NCBI RefSeq assembly: GCF_000020025.1 | Contig: NC_010628.1 | Location: 780,001-812,000 of the forward strand | DNA: 32,000 nucleotides | Source: Nostoc punctiforme PCC 73102 | Lineage (GTDB): Bacteria; Cyanobacteriota; Cyanobacteriia; Cyanobacteriales; Nostocaceae | Direction of reading: 5' to 3' | Shown: positions 9,024-16,722 of the stretch, piece by piece | Layout: every line of letters begins with the position of its first letter | Numbering within the stretch: position 1 is the stretch's first letter | Position numbers and translations under genes: made by a program | Notes under the pieces: generated by a model | Database searches by the model: none | What the model saw: only the letters and a program-made list of their open reading frames with translations | Told to the model about the DNA's origin: nothing

Positions 9024-10622
9024 CTACCCGCCAAATAAACGTCCCCAAAAACCCTTCTTCTCATTCTTCTCATTTCTATAAATCTCTAAGTTGTTACGAA
9101 TCACAGTGTTGTTAGGGTTAAGGCGAACAGCTATTTCCAGTTCGGCGATCGCTTCTTCCAACTTCCCTTGACCTTTTAGCGCAATCCCCAGGTTACAGTG
9201 AGCATCTGCATCGTTCGGGTCAATTAGCAAAGCTCTTTGGTAGGCGGCGATCGCTTCTGACAACTTCCCTTGATCGTGTAGCGCAATCCCCAAGTTACAA
9301 TGAGTGTCTGCATCGTTTGGGTCGAGGCGCAAAGCTCTTTGGTAGGCGGCGATCGCTTCTGACAACTTCCCTTGATGGTATAGCGTAACCCCCAGGTTAC
9401 AGTGAGCGCTTGCATAGTTTGGGTCGACGCGCAAAGCTCTTTGGTAGGCGGCCATCGCTTCTGACAACTTCCCTTGAGTGTGCAGCGCTTTCCCCAGGTT
9501 ACAGTGAGCGTTTACATAGTTTGGGTCGATTTGCAAAGCTTTTTGGTAGGCGGCGATCGCTTCTGACAACTTCCCTTGATGGTATAGCGTAACCCCCAGG
9601 TTACAGTGAGCGCTTGCATAGTTTGGGTCGACGCGCAAAGCTCTTTGGTAGGCGGCCATCGCTTCTGACAACTTCCCTTGAGTGTGCAGCGCTTTCCCCA
9701 GGTTACAGTGAGCGTTTACATAGTTTGGGTCGATTTGCAAAGCTTTTTGGTAGGCGGCGATCGCTTCTGACAACTTCCCTTGATCGTGTAGCGCAATCCC
9801 CAAGTTACAATGAGTGTCTGCATCGTTTGGGTCGAGGCGCAAAGCTCTTTGGTAGGCGGCCATCGCTTCTGACAACTTCCCTTGAGTGTGCAGCGCTTTC
9901 CCCAGGTTACAGTGAGCGTTTACATAGTTTGGGTCGATTTGCAAAGCTTTTTGGTAGGCGGCGATCGCTTCTGACAACTTCCCTTGCGTGTGCAGCACAA
10001 CCCCTAGTGCATTGTGAGCATATACAGAGTTTGGGTCAAGGCTGAGGGCTGCTTTGTATTTGACGACTGCTTCCTCTAACTTTTTAGCTTCGCGCAAACG
10101 ATCTGCTTCATTGATCAGGCTTGTGACTTGATATTCAAGTTCTTTTGTTCTTTGTTTTGGAGGTGAGGAATTGGAGTTTTCAACTAATCGCACTGCCTCC
10201 CGAATTCCCTTAACAACTTCTAAGAATGCCTCATCTCGGTCATTCCAGCTTTTGATAGGTTTGCGATTACTAGGTAGTGGCGACAGTTGATCGATGGGAG
10301 GAGTTTCCCAATCTGCATAACGTAGCAACACTGGGATCACACGAGCTTTTTTCGCTGTATTCTGCTCTAACGCTCGTGTCACTTCAACTGTCCAGTGATA
10401 ATCAGAATCTATAAAATCAGGGCTGATTAGCAATAATATCAGCCCAGCCTGGTTTAAATGCTCATCTATTTCGCCTTTGATTTCTTGTCCAGGGATAATT
10501 TTGCGATCGTTCCAACTTGTAATAATGTTTTCCCGACGCAAAGACGCTAAATGCTTCTCTAACTCTTGGCGTAGCGTCTCATCTTCCTGGTGGTAAGAAA
10601 TAAAAACTTCAATAGATTTCAT
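9024..10622 (-). CDS. TIR domain protein with ~10 C-terminal TPR repeats
   Basis: N-terminal ~135 aa is a TIR (TIR_2-like): EVFISYHQEDE, LILLLISPDFIDSDYHWTVEV (conserved Glu), ARVIPVLL. About ten 34-aa TPR units follow (AHCNLG.ALH.QGKLSEAIAAYQ.AL..DPN). Confidence 0.85.
   Translation of the reverse strand: MKSIEVFISYHQEDETLRQELEKHLASLRRENIITSWNDRKIIPGQEIKGEIDEHLNQAGLILLLISPDFIDSDYHWTVEVTRALEQNTAKKARVIPVLLRYADWETPPIDQLSPLPSNRKPIKSWNDRDEAFLEVVKGIREAVRLVENSNSSPPKQRTKELEYQVTSLINEADRLREAKKLEEAVVKYKAALSLDPNSVYAHNALGVVLHTQGKLSEAIAAYQKALQIDPNYVNAHCNLGKALHTQGKLSEAMAAYQRALRLDPNDADTHCNLGIALHDQGKLSEAIAAYQKALQIDPNYVNAHCNLGKALHTQGKLSEAMAAYQRALRVDPNYASAHCNLGVTLYHQGKLSEAIAAYQKALQIDPNYVNAHCNLGKALHTQGKLSEAMAAYQRALRVDPNYASAHCNLGVTLYHQGKLSEAIAAYQRALRLDPNDADTHCNLGIALHDQGKLSEAIAAYQRALLIDPNDADAHCNLGIALKGQGKLEEAIAELEIAVRLNPNNTVIRNNLEIYRNEKNEKKGFWGRLFGG
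9224..10010. repeat. Near-identical 102-bp / 204-bp tandem repeats encoding the TPR array
   Basis: The antisense shadow ORFs at 9410 and 9614 begin with the same 57 residues, so about 170 nt are identical at a 204-nt offset. The sense protein carries AHCNLGKALHTQGKLSEAMAAYQRALRVDPNYASAHCNLGVTLYHQGKLSEAIAAYQ twice in succession. Each unit contains GGCGATCGC or GGCCATCGC. Confidence 0.9.
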
Positions 10623-10657
10623 AGAGGATATGGCAGGCTGGCTGCTTTAAAAGACAA

Positions 10658-11401
10658 CTACAATAGTTTTTGCTCGATTTCCTCAAGCTGTCGATCTAAT
10701 CTATTTTGTTCTGTTTGGGTATCCTGAATTTGCACTTCTAGCTTCAGCTTTGTAGATACATCCGTTTCAATGGCGTATGCTTTACCCAGCAGTCCCAATT
10801 TTTTGCTCACGAGGTCATACTGTTCTTGCACTGAATCCCGTTCTTGCTCCCATCGCCGACGCTGGCGCTCAGTTAATACCCCACTTGTTGCAGAAGGGCT
10901 GGAAGTTGCAGGTGTAGTATTTTTAGCAGGAGTTGAGGAAGAAGTGTTTGATTTCGCCATTTCTTCAACTACTCTGCGAATCCCTTGAGCGACATTTAAA
11001 AAAGCCTCATCTTGGTCTTGCCAGGTTGTGACAGGTTTAGCATTTTTAGGGAGTGCTTGCAGTTTACCAAAAGGTGCGCCATTCCAGTCCGCCGGCTTCA
11101 GAATAATCGGAATGACACGAGCTTCCCGCGTTTCATGTCGCTCCATTGCCCGTGTCATTTCTTTGTCGTAGCAGTAATCTGAAGCCAGAAAGTTAGCACT
11201 CACTAGCAGTAGAATGATATCTGCAATATCAAGATTATCATCTATCTCATTAGCCCATTCTCTACCAGCACTGATTTCGCGATCGTGCCAAGCTTCAATA
11301 ACTCCCTGACGTTTCATCATGCTCAGATGAGTTGCCAACTCGTCTCGCAACGCTTCATCTTTGTGGGAGTAGGAAAAGAATACTTTAACTGCATTAGACA
11401 T
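10658..11401 (-). CDS. TIR domain protein with Ser/Thr-rich linker and C-terminal coiled coil
   Basis: VKVFFSYSHKDE, IILLLVSANFLASDYCYDKEM (Glu81), ARVIPIIL define the TIR. Residues ~150-175 are S/T/P-rich. Residues ~176-247 are a heptad-like charged coiled coil. A 35-nt gap separates it from the downstream TIR-TPR gene on the same strand. Confidence 0.85.
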   Translation of the reverse strand: MSNAVKVFFSYSHKDEALRDELATHLSMMKRQGVIEAWHDREISAGREWANEIDDNLDIADIILLLVSANFLASDYCYDKEMTRAMERHETREARVIPIILKPADWNGAPFGKLQALPKNAKPVTTWQDQDEAFLNVAQGIRRVVEEMAKSNTSSSTPAKNTTPATSSPSATSGVLTERQRRRWEQERDSVQEQYDLVSKKLGLLGKAYAIETDVSTKLKLEVQIQDTQTEQNRLDRQLEEIEQKLL

Positions 11402-11429
11402 AATTCTTGGTTCAATATCATCACATTAC

Positions 11430-11445
11430 TGTACATGAATATACA
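11430..11445. promoter_or_regulatory. Perfect TGTA-N8-TACA palindrome (NtcA-consensus-like)
   Basis: tgtacatgaatataca at 11430-11445, 29-44 nt upstream of the TIR gene ATG (11399-11401). No canonical TAN3T box at the ~22-nt spacing on either strand. About 0.5 such sites are expected by chance in 32 kb. Confidence 0.3.
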
Positions 11446-11512
11446 GTTGAACTTTTCAACGATAAAAGCCCAAACAAAGAATTATGATTAATACCGTGTA
11501 ATTAAATTCACA

Positions 11513-11543
11513 GAACCTCGACTTTTTTGAAAAGTCGGGGTTC
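11513..11543 (-). terminator. 14-bp hairpin downstream of glk
   Basis: gaacctcgactttt-ttg-aaaagtcggggttc has one G-U position and lies 123 nt past the glk stop. No clean U-tract follows on the minus strand, so it may be a stabiliser or dispersed hairpin rather than a strict intrinsic terminator. Confidence 0.5.
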
Positions 11544-11665
11544 TTATCTCTCACGAATGATTAAGTAGGGCCGATCAAAGCAAATAATTTTGCGATCGCT
11601 ATTCGCCAATTCTTAAAGCAAATAAAGCGATCGCCAAGCTATATGTATAACTGAGATTACACGAT

Positions 11666-12568
11666 CTAAAATCTCGAATAGTGTTGCAATGCCAACCTTG
11701 CTGCACCCACCATCCCAGCAAAATTGCCTAACTCTGCTGGTAAAATCTGTAAACCATCTCGTGATAAAGGCTGCACTCGCTTCTCAATTTCTGCCTTGGC
11801 TGCTGGTAAGAAAAACTCAAAGCTGCCACTTATACCGCCACCAATGACGATCGCTTGCGGTGTGAGTACATAAATCAAACTCGTCAAGCCAATTCCCAAA
11901 TTTCTACCATATTCTTGCCAAAAAGTTAATGCTCCGGGATCTCCTTGTTGGGCGAGAAAACCCAATTCGACGGGTTCCTTGAGAGTGCGGCGGCGAATGG
12001 CAGTAGCAGAGGCATGTTGTTCTAAAGAGCCTTGATTGCCACTATTACAAATTGGCCCATCAGGATTCAATGAAATTAAACCTAATTCCCCGGCGGCTCC
12101 TAGATGTCCAACAAATAGTTTGCCATCTAGGATAATTGCGCCACCAACCCCAGTTCCTAAAGTTAGGAGAATCAGATTTTGAAATTGGCGACCGGCTCCC
12201 AGCCAAGCTTCTCCCAAAAGAGCGCAGTTAGCATCATTAGCGATCGCAGTAGGTTTGCCAGTTTTAGCTTCTAACCAGTCTGCTAAAGGCACATCGATCC
12301 ATCCAGGTAAGTTAATGGCGATTTTAGCGATGCGTCCTGCTGCATCGGAGGGGCCAGGAGTCCCAACACCAATAGCAAAAGTTTCATTATTTGGATCAAT
12401 TTGCGCGATCGCATCTACCAGCACCGCCAGCACGGCCTCTGGTGTTGTCGGCTGGGGAGCCGCCATAGTCAAAGATTGCAGACAAATTCCATCGGCTGTA
12501 AACCGCCCCAGCTTAATTGCTGTTCCCCCCACATCAATGCCAATTACTTGAATTTTGTCATTTGTCAT
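11666..12568 (-). CDS. glk: ROK-family glucokinase
   Basis: 300-aa ORF with IGIDVGGTAIKLG (ATP-binding N-terminus), ANDANCALLGE and LTLGTGVGGAII motifs typical of ROK sugar kinases. Confidence 0.8.
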   Translation of the reverse strand: MTNDKIQVIGIDVGGTAIKLGRFTADGICLQSLTMAAPQPTTPEAVLAVLVDAIAQIDPNNETFAIGVGTPGPSDAAGRIAKIAINLPGWIDVPLADWLEAKTGKPTAIANDANCALLGEAWLGAGRQFQNLILLTLGTGVGGAIILDGKLFVGHLGAAGELGLISLNPDGPICNSGNQGSLEQHASATAIRRRTLKEPVELGFLAQQGDPGALTFWQEYGRNLGIGLTSLIYVLTPQAIVIGGGISGSFEFFLPAAKAEIEKRVQPLSRDGLQILPAELGNFAGMVGAARLALQHYSRF

Positions 12569-12588
12569 TTGTCATTTGTCATTGGTGA
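12554..12588. repeat. STRR-like heptamer array (TTTGTCA x4 plus one degenerate unit) overlapping the glk start
   Basis: Plus strand: tttgtca at 12554, 12561, 12568 and 12575, then ttggtga. On the coding strand this is ATGACAA x4, and the ORF starts at the third ATG. Confidence 0.9.
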
Positions 12589-12620
12589 ACAGCTATTGCC
12601 TATTCTCCAGTTTATTTTTT

Positions 12621-12848
12621 TCATCCCCGATCTGTTGTAGTGTCTCCGCTTGGAAGAAGACGCGAAGCTTTCAACTCCGATTTCTGTAAATTAGCAAAAG
12701 TCGTGGTGCGGAAACTCGATTGCTCTTGCCAAGCTGTAACTGGCGCACCTCTTAAGATGCCAGCCAGGGCAACAGAAAGGATAAACCCACCAGTAGCGGC
12801 GGCAATTAATGTCAGATTATCTTTCACACAAATCTCTCCAGTTATCAA
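12621..12848 (-). CDS. Small hypothetical membrane protein (75 aa)
   Basis: It fills the gap between the ABC permease and glk on the same strand, with one hydrophobic helix (LTLIAAATGGFILSVALAGIL). A plus-strand ORF of similar size overlaps it, so coding status is unproven. Confidence 0.35.
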   Translation of the reverse strand: MITGEICVKDNLTLIAAATGGFILSVALAGILRGAPVTAWQEQSSFRTTTFANLQKSELKASRLLPSGDTTTDRG

Positions 12849-12902
12849 TTACTAGTTATTAATGATTAGCCCGTTGACTGATAAGTGTCCACTGTTTACT
12901 AA

Positions 12903-13799
12903 CTATTTTCGGATTCTATTTTCTCTCCGTAATCGGGGATTGACAAATTCGTTTAACCCCTCACCAAGTAGTGATAACCCTACCACCATGAATGTCATGG
13001 TCAAACCAGGAAAAAGCGTAGTCCACCAAATGCCAGTAGGTAGAGCTTCTAGGGCTTGTTTTAAATCATGTCCCCATTCTGGCACTTCTTCGGGAAGTCC
13101 TAGCCCCAAAAAGCCCAAACCGCCCAACACCAAAATTGCATCAGCAGCGTTGAGTGTAAAGAGGACGGGTACGCTTTGAATAACGTTAAAAAATAAATAA
13201 CGAGAAAGCACAACCCAAGTTGAAGCACCCATTGCTTGAGCAGCTTCGATGAAGACTTCAGTTTTCACACTAACAGTGTGGTTGCGAACAACGCGGTAAT
13301 ATTGGGGGATGTAGGCAATGCTAATAGCGATCGCTGCATTTAATATCCCACGCCCCACCACAAACGCCAGTGTCACAGACAGCAGTAGCCCTGGTAGAGT
13401 GTAGATGCTATCCATCAAAAACAGCAACACTTTATCCAATTTACCGCCGAGATAACCACTCAGCATCCCCAGAGGCACACCGATAATCATACTCAGTGCT
13501 GTTGCCAAGATCACCACCTGCAAAGCAGCTTGAGCGCCGAATAATGTCCGGGAGAAGACATCATAACCCAGGCGACTAGTGCCAAACCAATGTTTAGTTG
13601 AGGGTGGCTCGTGAATTGGATTAGAGAGAAAATCTTTCGGGTTTTGCAGCCATCCCCAAGCCTGGAATAGGGGAGTGAAGAATGCCAGGAAGATGAAAAA
13701 TAGGGTAATGGCTAACCCGATGAGCATGAGTTTTTGGGAAAGATTGAGACTTTTGCCAAACTGTAAAAATGTCGGTAGCCGCCGTTTTGTAATGGCCAT
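12903..13799 (-). CDS. ABC transporter permease, DppC/OppC (peptide/nickel) type
   Basis: 298-aa ORF with multiple TM helices and the EAA loop (EAAQAMGASTWVVLSRYLFFNV) typical of binding-protein-dependent transport permeases. Confidence 0.85.
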   Translation of the reverse strand: MAITKRRLPTFLQFGKSLNLSQKLMLIGLAITLFFIFLAFFTPLFQAWGWLQNPKDFLSNPIHEPPSTKHWFGTSRLGYDVFSRTLFGAQAALQVVILATALSMIIGVPLGMLSGYLGGKLDKVLLFLMDSIYTLPGLLLSVTLAFVVGRGILNAAIAISIAYIPQYYRVVRNHTVSVKTEVFIEAAQAMGASTWVVLSRYLFFNVIQSVPVLFTLNAADAILVLGGLGFLGLGLPEEVPEWGHDLKQALEALPTGIWWTTLFPGLTMTFMVVGLSLLGEGLNEFVNPRLRRENRIRK

Positions 13800-14015
13800 G
13801 TGCGATCGCCTGGATCAAAGCTTGATACGCTGACCATTTTACATATCAGATAGGGTATTGCGTAAATATCCTGGATAAAAGTCCAACTTTTGAGTGGTGG
13901 TTACAGAGCTAGACTGAGTAGTAGGCGAGATTATGCCTAGAGATAAATTACCAGCTAGTGTCACCACAGAGGTTAATCATTTGCAGTCGATAAATACCAA
14001 GTTAATGGAGGAATT

Positions 14016-14255
14016 ATGAACGCTTATAAAAAATACATCACCATTACAGATCCCAGTCAATTAATATTATCTGATTTACCTTTTCAGGTAGGACAGAGGG
14101 TAGAAATAATCATATTAGCGGAGGATAATCCAAGAGCAGAAATCAGTAAGAAATTGAGAGATTTATTTGATAAAACACAGTTATTACCAGGAGTAAAAGA
14201 TATTACAGAAGCAGAAATTGAAGCAGAAATTGAAGCTTACCAACGCGGAGAATGA
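14016..14255 (+). CDS. Putative antitoxin of a PIN toxin-antitoxin pair
   Basis: 79-aa ORF preceded by ggagg. Its stop overlaps the start of the PIN gene (ATGA at 14252-14255). Acidic C-terminus (EAEIEAEIEAYQRGE). Confidence 0.6.
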   Translation: MNAYKKYITITDPSQLILSDLPFQVGQRVEIIILAEDNPRAEISKKLRDLFDKTQLLPGVKDITEAEIEAEIEAYQRGE

Positions 14256-14665
14256 AAGTTGTTATTGATACTAATGTTTTAGTTTCTGCTGTCCTTAAGG
14301 GTAGAGTACCAAGAGAAGTTATTCAGTTTATTTTTGATAATCCTGATTGGCAATGGATAGCCTCTGAAGAAATTATTGTGGAATATAAAGAAATCTTAAG
14401 TCGAAGCAAATTTAAATTGACAGATGAGGTAAGAGGTGAATGGTTTGAAATTATCGATACATTTCTAACGCTAATTGATGTCAATTTTGAAGTTGATTTT
14501 CCCAGAGATAGAAAAGATGCAAAGTTTTTAGCTTGTGCTATGGCAGCAGAAGCAGATTTTTTGATTACGGGTGATTCTGATTTTAATCAGGCACAAACTT
14601 TGCTAAATACAACAATTATTTCTGTTTCTTTATTTAGCAGATTAGTTTGTGATGTAGGGGGGTGA
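14252..14665 (+). CDS. PIN-domain toxin (PIN_3 / TIGR00305-like)
   Basis: MKVVIDTNVLVSAVL N-terminus, with acidic residues in DRKDAKFLACA and ITGDSDF at positions expected for the PIN active site. 4-nt overlap with the upstream small ORF. Confidence 0.8.
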   Translation: MKVVIDTNVLVSAVLKGRVPREVIQFIFDNPDWQWIASEEIIVEYKEILSRSKFKLTDEVRGEWFEIIDTFLTLIDVNFEVDFPRDRKDAKFLACAMAAEADFLITGDSDFNQAQTLLNTTIISVSLFSRLVCDVGG

Positions 14666-14711
14666 GTATTGGGCATTAGTAACCGTCCTCCATTCCCCAC
14701 TCCCCATTCTC

Positions 14712-16100
14712 TTACAGATTACTCTCAATTAACTGACGATATTCAGTTTTTTGCTTCACGCCTTTAACTTCCTTCACCAGTTCCTTGTTTTTGAACAATT
14801 GAACCGTTGGCGTTCCTGTCACACCAGCATTTTCAGCAATATCTCGGTCTTTGTCGATGTCAATTTCTACAAAATGAATTTTGCTGTCAAATTCATCCAC
14901 CACTTTATTTAAAATTGGCTTCAGGGTATGACAAGGGCCGCAACCAGGAGAGACGTATTTAACCAGGAGTAAGCGATCGCTTTCATGGAACAATTTCCGT
15001 AAAGCATATCCTCCCTGATGGCGTGTCTCATCCAAGTTAAATCCAGCTTCTTCTTCAGCTTCAGTCTTTTTGGCTGGCTGATGTTCTAATTCATTGTCTG
15101 CTATTTCTGGCTGTTGATGGAATTCTTGAATTAAACCACTGGCTGACAACCAGCGTTCCGCCAACATCGCCGCCATACAACCAGTACCCGCAGCCGTAAT
15201 TGCTTGCCGAAACTCATGATCTTGCACATCGCCAGCAGCAAAAACACCTTCTAAACTGGTTTCTACAGAACCTGGCTTGGTGACAACGTAACCAACCTCA
15301 TCCAGTTCTAATTGCCCCTTAAATAAAGAGGTATTGGGAGTGTGACCGACGGCATAGAATAAACCCTTAGCGTGCAGTTTGCTCTCTTCACCAGTTTTAG
15401 TATTACGGACTTTCACCCCTTCCATGTGACCATTACCGTAGATATCCACGGCTTCTGTGTTCCAATGCACCTGGATTTTTGGGTTACTCAAAACCCTATC
15501 TTGCATGGCTTTAGAAGCCCGCATTTTATCGGTGCGTACCAACATATTTACCTTAGAACCGTATTTGGTAAGATAAATAGACTCTTCCGCCGCCGAGTCG
15601 CCAGCACCAATTACAGCCAATTCTGCGCCGTGAAAAATCGGTGTTGCACCATCGCAAATTGCACAAGCGGAAATACCCCGACTCCAAAATTCATGTTCGT
15701 TGGGTAAACCCAAACGCTTTGCTGTCGCACCCGTAGCAATGACGATGCTGTTGGTTTTAATTTCCCTTTCTTGCGATCGCACTGTAAATGGACGCTGACT
15801 CAAGTCAACTGATATAACATCTTCAGTATATAGTTCCGCTCCCCAGCGCTCCGCCTGCGCCTTCATCTGATCCATCAGTTCCGGCCCAGTAATCCCTTGG
15901 GGAAACCCAGGAAAGTTCTCGACTTCCGTTGTTGTCATTAGTTGTCCACCAGGTAAACCCCCGGCTTGGAAACCTTCAAATACAACGGGTTTCAGGTTAG
16001 CACGTCCGGCATAGATAGCTGCTGTGTACCCTGCTGGTCCAGAACCGATAATTACTAAGTTTTCTACTGTGGGGTTAGTCATGACCATATACAAACTCAT
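14712..16100 (-). CDS. ntrC: NADPH-dependent thioredoxin reductase C (TrxR-thioredoxin fusion)
   Basis: GSGPAGY (FAD), CAICDG redox pair and GAGDSAAEE (NADPH), then a C-terminal thioredoxin module with CGPC. The sequence closely matches what I recall of Anabaena NTRC. Alternative in-frame ATGs at 16088 and 16082 (MTNPTVENL...). Confidence 0.9.
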   Translation of the reverse strand: MSLYMVMTNPTVENLVIIGSGPAGYTAAIYAGRANLKPVVFEGFQAGGLPGGQLMTTTEVENFPGFPQGITGPELMDQMKAQAERWGAELYTEDVISVDLSQRPFTVRSQEREIKTNSIVIATGATAKRLGLPNEHEFWSRGISACAICDGATPIFHGAELAVIGAGDSAAEESIYLTKYGSKVNMLVRTDKMRASKAMQDRVLSNPKIQVHWNTEAVDIYGNGHMEGVKVRNTKTGEESKLHAKGLFYAVGHTPNTSLFKGQLELDEVGYVVTKPGSVETSLEGVFAAGDVQDHEFRQAITAAGTGCMAAMLAERWLSASGLIQEFHQQPEIADNELEHQPAKKTEAEEEAGFNLDETRHQGGYALRKLFHESDRLLLVKYVSPGCGPCHTLKPILNKVVDEFDSKIHFVEIDIDKDRDIAENAGVTGTPTVQLFKNKELVKEVKGVKQKTEYRQLIESNL

Positions 16101-16345
16101 AACGACTACGTTTAATATAACATAACAAACTGTGATTGGCTATGTCAGATGGTAAGCGATGTCTGCGACGGGCTACGCCTACGCAAAATGTCTACCGCAA
16201 CGTTTGGCAAGTATTGAGCGCATAGAATTCAAATGTAGTTAAAGCCACAGGGTAGTTCACCTCCGTAGAAAACAGAAAAATCAAAGGTTTTTAACCCAGA
16301 TAAGTGGGTTAAGTCTCGTGTAGCGGTGACTTCTAGTCGCCAAGA

Positions 16346-16561
16346 CTAGTAATAAATTAGACTTTTAAAACATCGTTTTAAGCGCTCAGACTGTTCTTGC
16401 AGATATTTTTTGATAGTTTCAACATCTAGTTCTAGCAATTCTGCTATTTCTTGAATACTTATACCTCTCTCAGTAAGTTTTGAGACTTTACTTTTCCTGT
16501 AGTGTACCCACTTAAAAATACTGTAGATATTCTGATATAAATCGCCATAAGTTGGGAATAC
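16346..16561 (-). pseudogene. Start-less helix-turn-helix-like ORF remnant
   Basis: Own translation: VFPTYGDLYQNIYSIFKWVHYRKSKVSKLTERGISIQEIAELLELDVETIKKYLQEQSERLKRCFKSLIYY*. It is bounded upstream by TGA with no ATG, GTG or TTG in frame. The ...LTERGISIQEIAELLELDVETIKKYL segment looks like a transposase/recombinase-type HTH. Confidence 0.3.
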
Positions 16562-16722
16562 TCAAGGTTGGGTGTGCCGCTAGCTTGGGCAGCATGAAAT
16601 ATGTCTACATGTGTGCCAAAACTCATAAATGAGTTTGTGTAGCGGTGAAATCTACCAAGGCAAAGTTAGTATCAGGAGCAATTTACATGACCAGTCCAGC
16701 ATCTGATTTACTAGATAAAATT
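16527..16722. repeat. Copy 1 of a ~200-bp duplicated segment (5' flank plus first codons of the methyltransferase gene)
   Basis: atattctgatataaatcgccataagttgggaatactcaaggttgggtgtgccgctagcttgggcagcat ... caaggcaaagttagtatcaggagcaatttacATGaccagtccagcatctgatttactagataaa aligns with 18139..18340. The ends are highly similar and the middle is roughly 70% similar by eye. Confidence 0.8.

Noticed and set aside
9224-10010. Possible CRISPR array, because of regular direct repeats
   Set aside because: The repeats are contiguous with a 102-bp period and have no unique spacers. They stay in frame as 34-aa TPR units of a long ORF. No cas genes are nearby.
9410-10045. Plus-strand ORFs 9410..9592 and 9614..10045 (MHSLGRRAKLFGRR...), plus the minus-strand ORF 9224..9415
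   Set aside because: They are shadow frames of the TPR-coding repeats. Their repetitiveness simply mirrors the 204-bp repeat, their composition is Arg/Ser/Leu-rich, and the overlapping TIR-TPR frame has clear domain signatures.
10760-10771. IETD tetrapeptide (a classic caspase-type cleavage motif) in the coiled coil of the TIR protein, as a possible protease-activation site
   Set aside because: It is a single tetrapeptide in a Glu/Asp/Thr-rich coiled coil and is easily explained by chance. No caspase-like, CHAT or metacaspase gene occurs in the window. I record it only as a speculative point to examine if the pair is studied.
12255-13179. Plus-strand ORFs 12255..12551, 12401..12640, 12640..12855 and 12862..13179
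   Set aside because: They lie antisense to glk, the small membrane ORF and the ABC permease. They are low-complexity or Pro/Ser/Arg-rich, as expected of shadow frames. Only 12640..12855 competes with a weakly supported gene, and it has no better evidence.
13933-14019. 28-aa mini-ORF (MPRDKLPASVTTEVNHLQSINTKLMEEL) whose TGA overlaps the antitoxin ATG
   Set aside because: The ATGA overlap is suggestive of a third coupled gene. However, the ORF is tiny, lacks a visible ribosome-binding site and has no recognisable features, so it is most likely chance.
16321-16656. Exact 12-mer gtgtagcggtga present at about 16321 and about 16638
   Set aside because: Tens of exact 12-mer coincidences are expected within a 32-kb window, and the flanking sequence does not extend the match convincingly.
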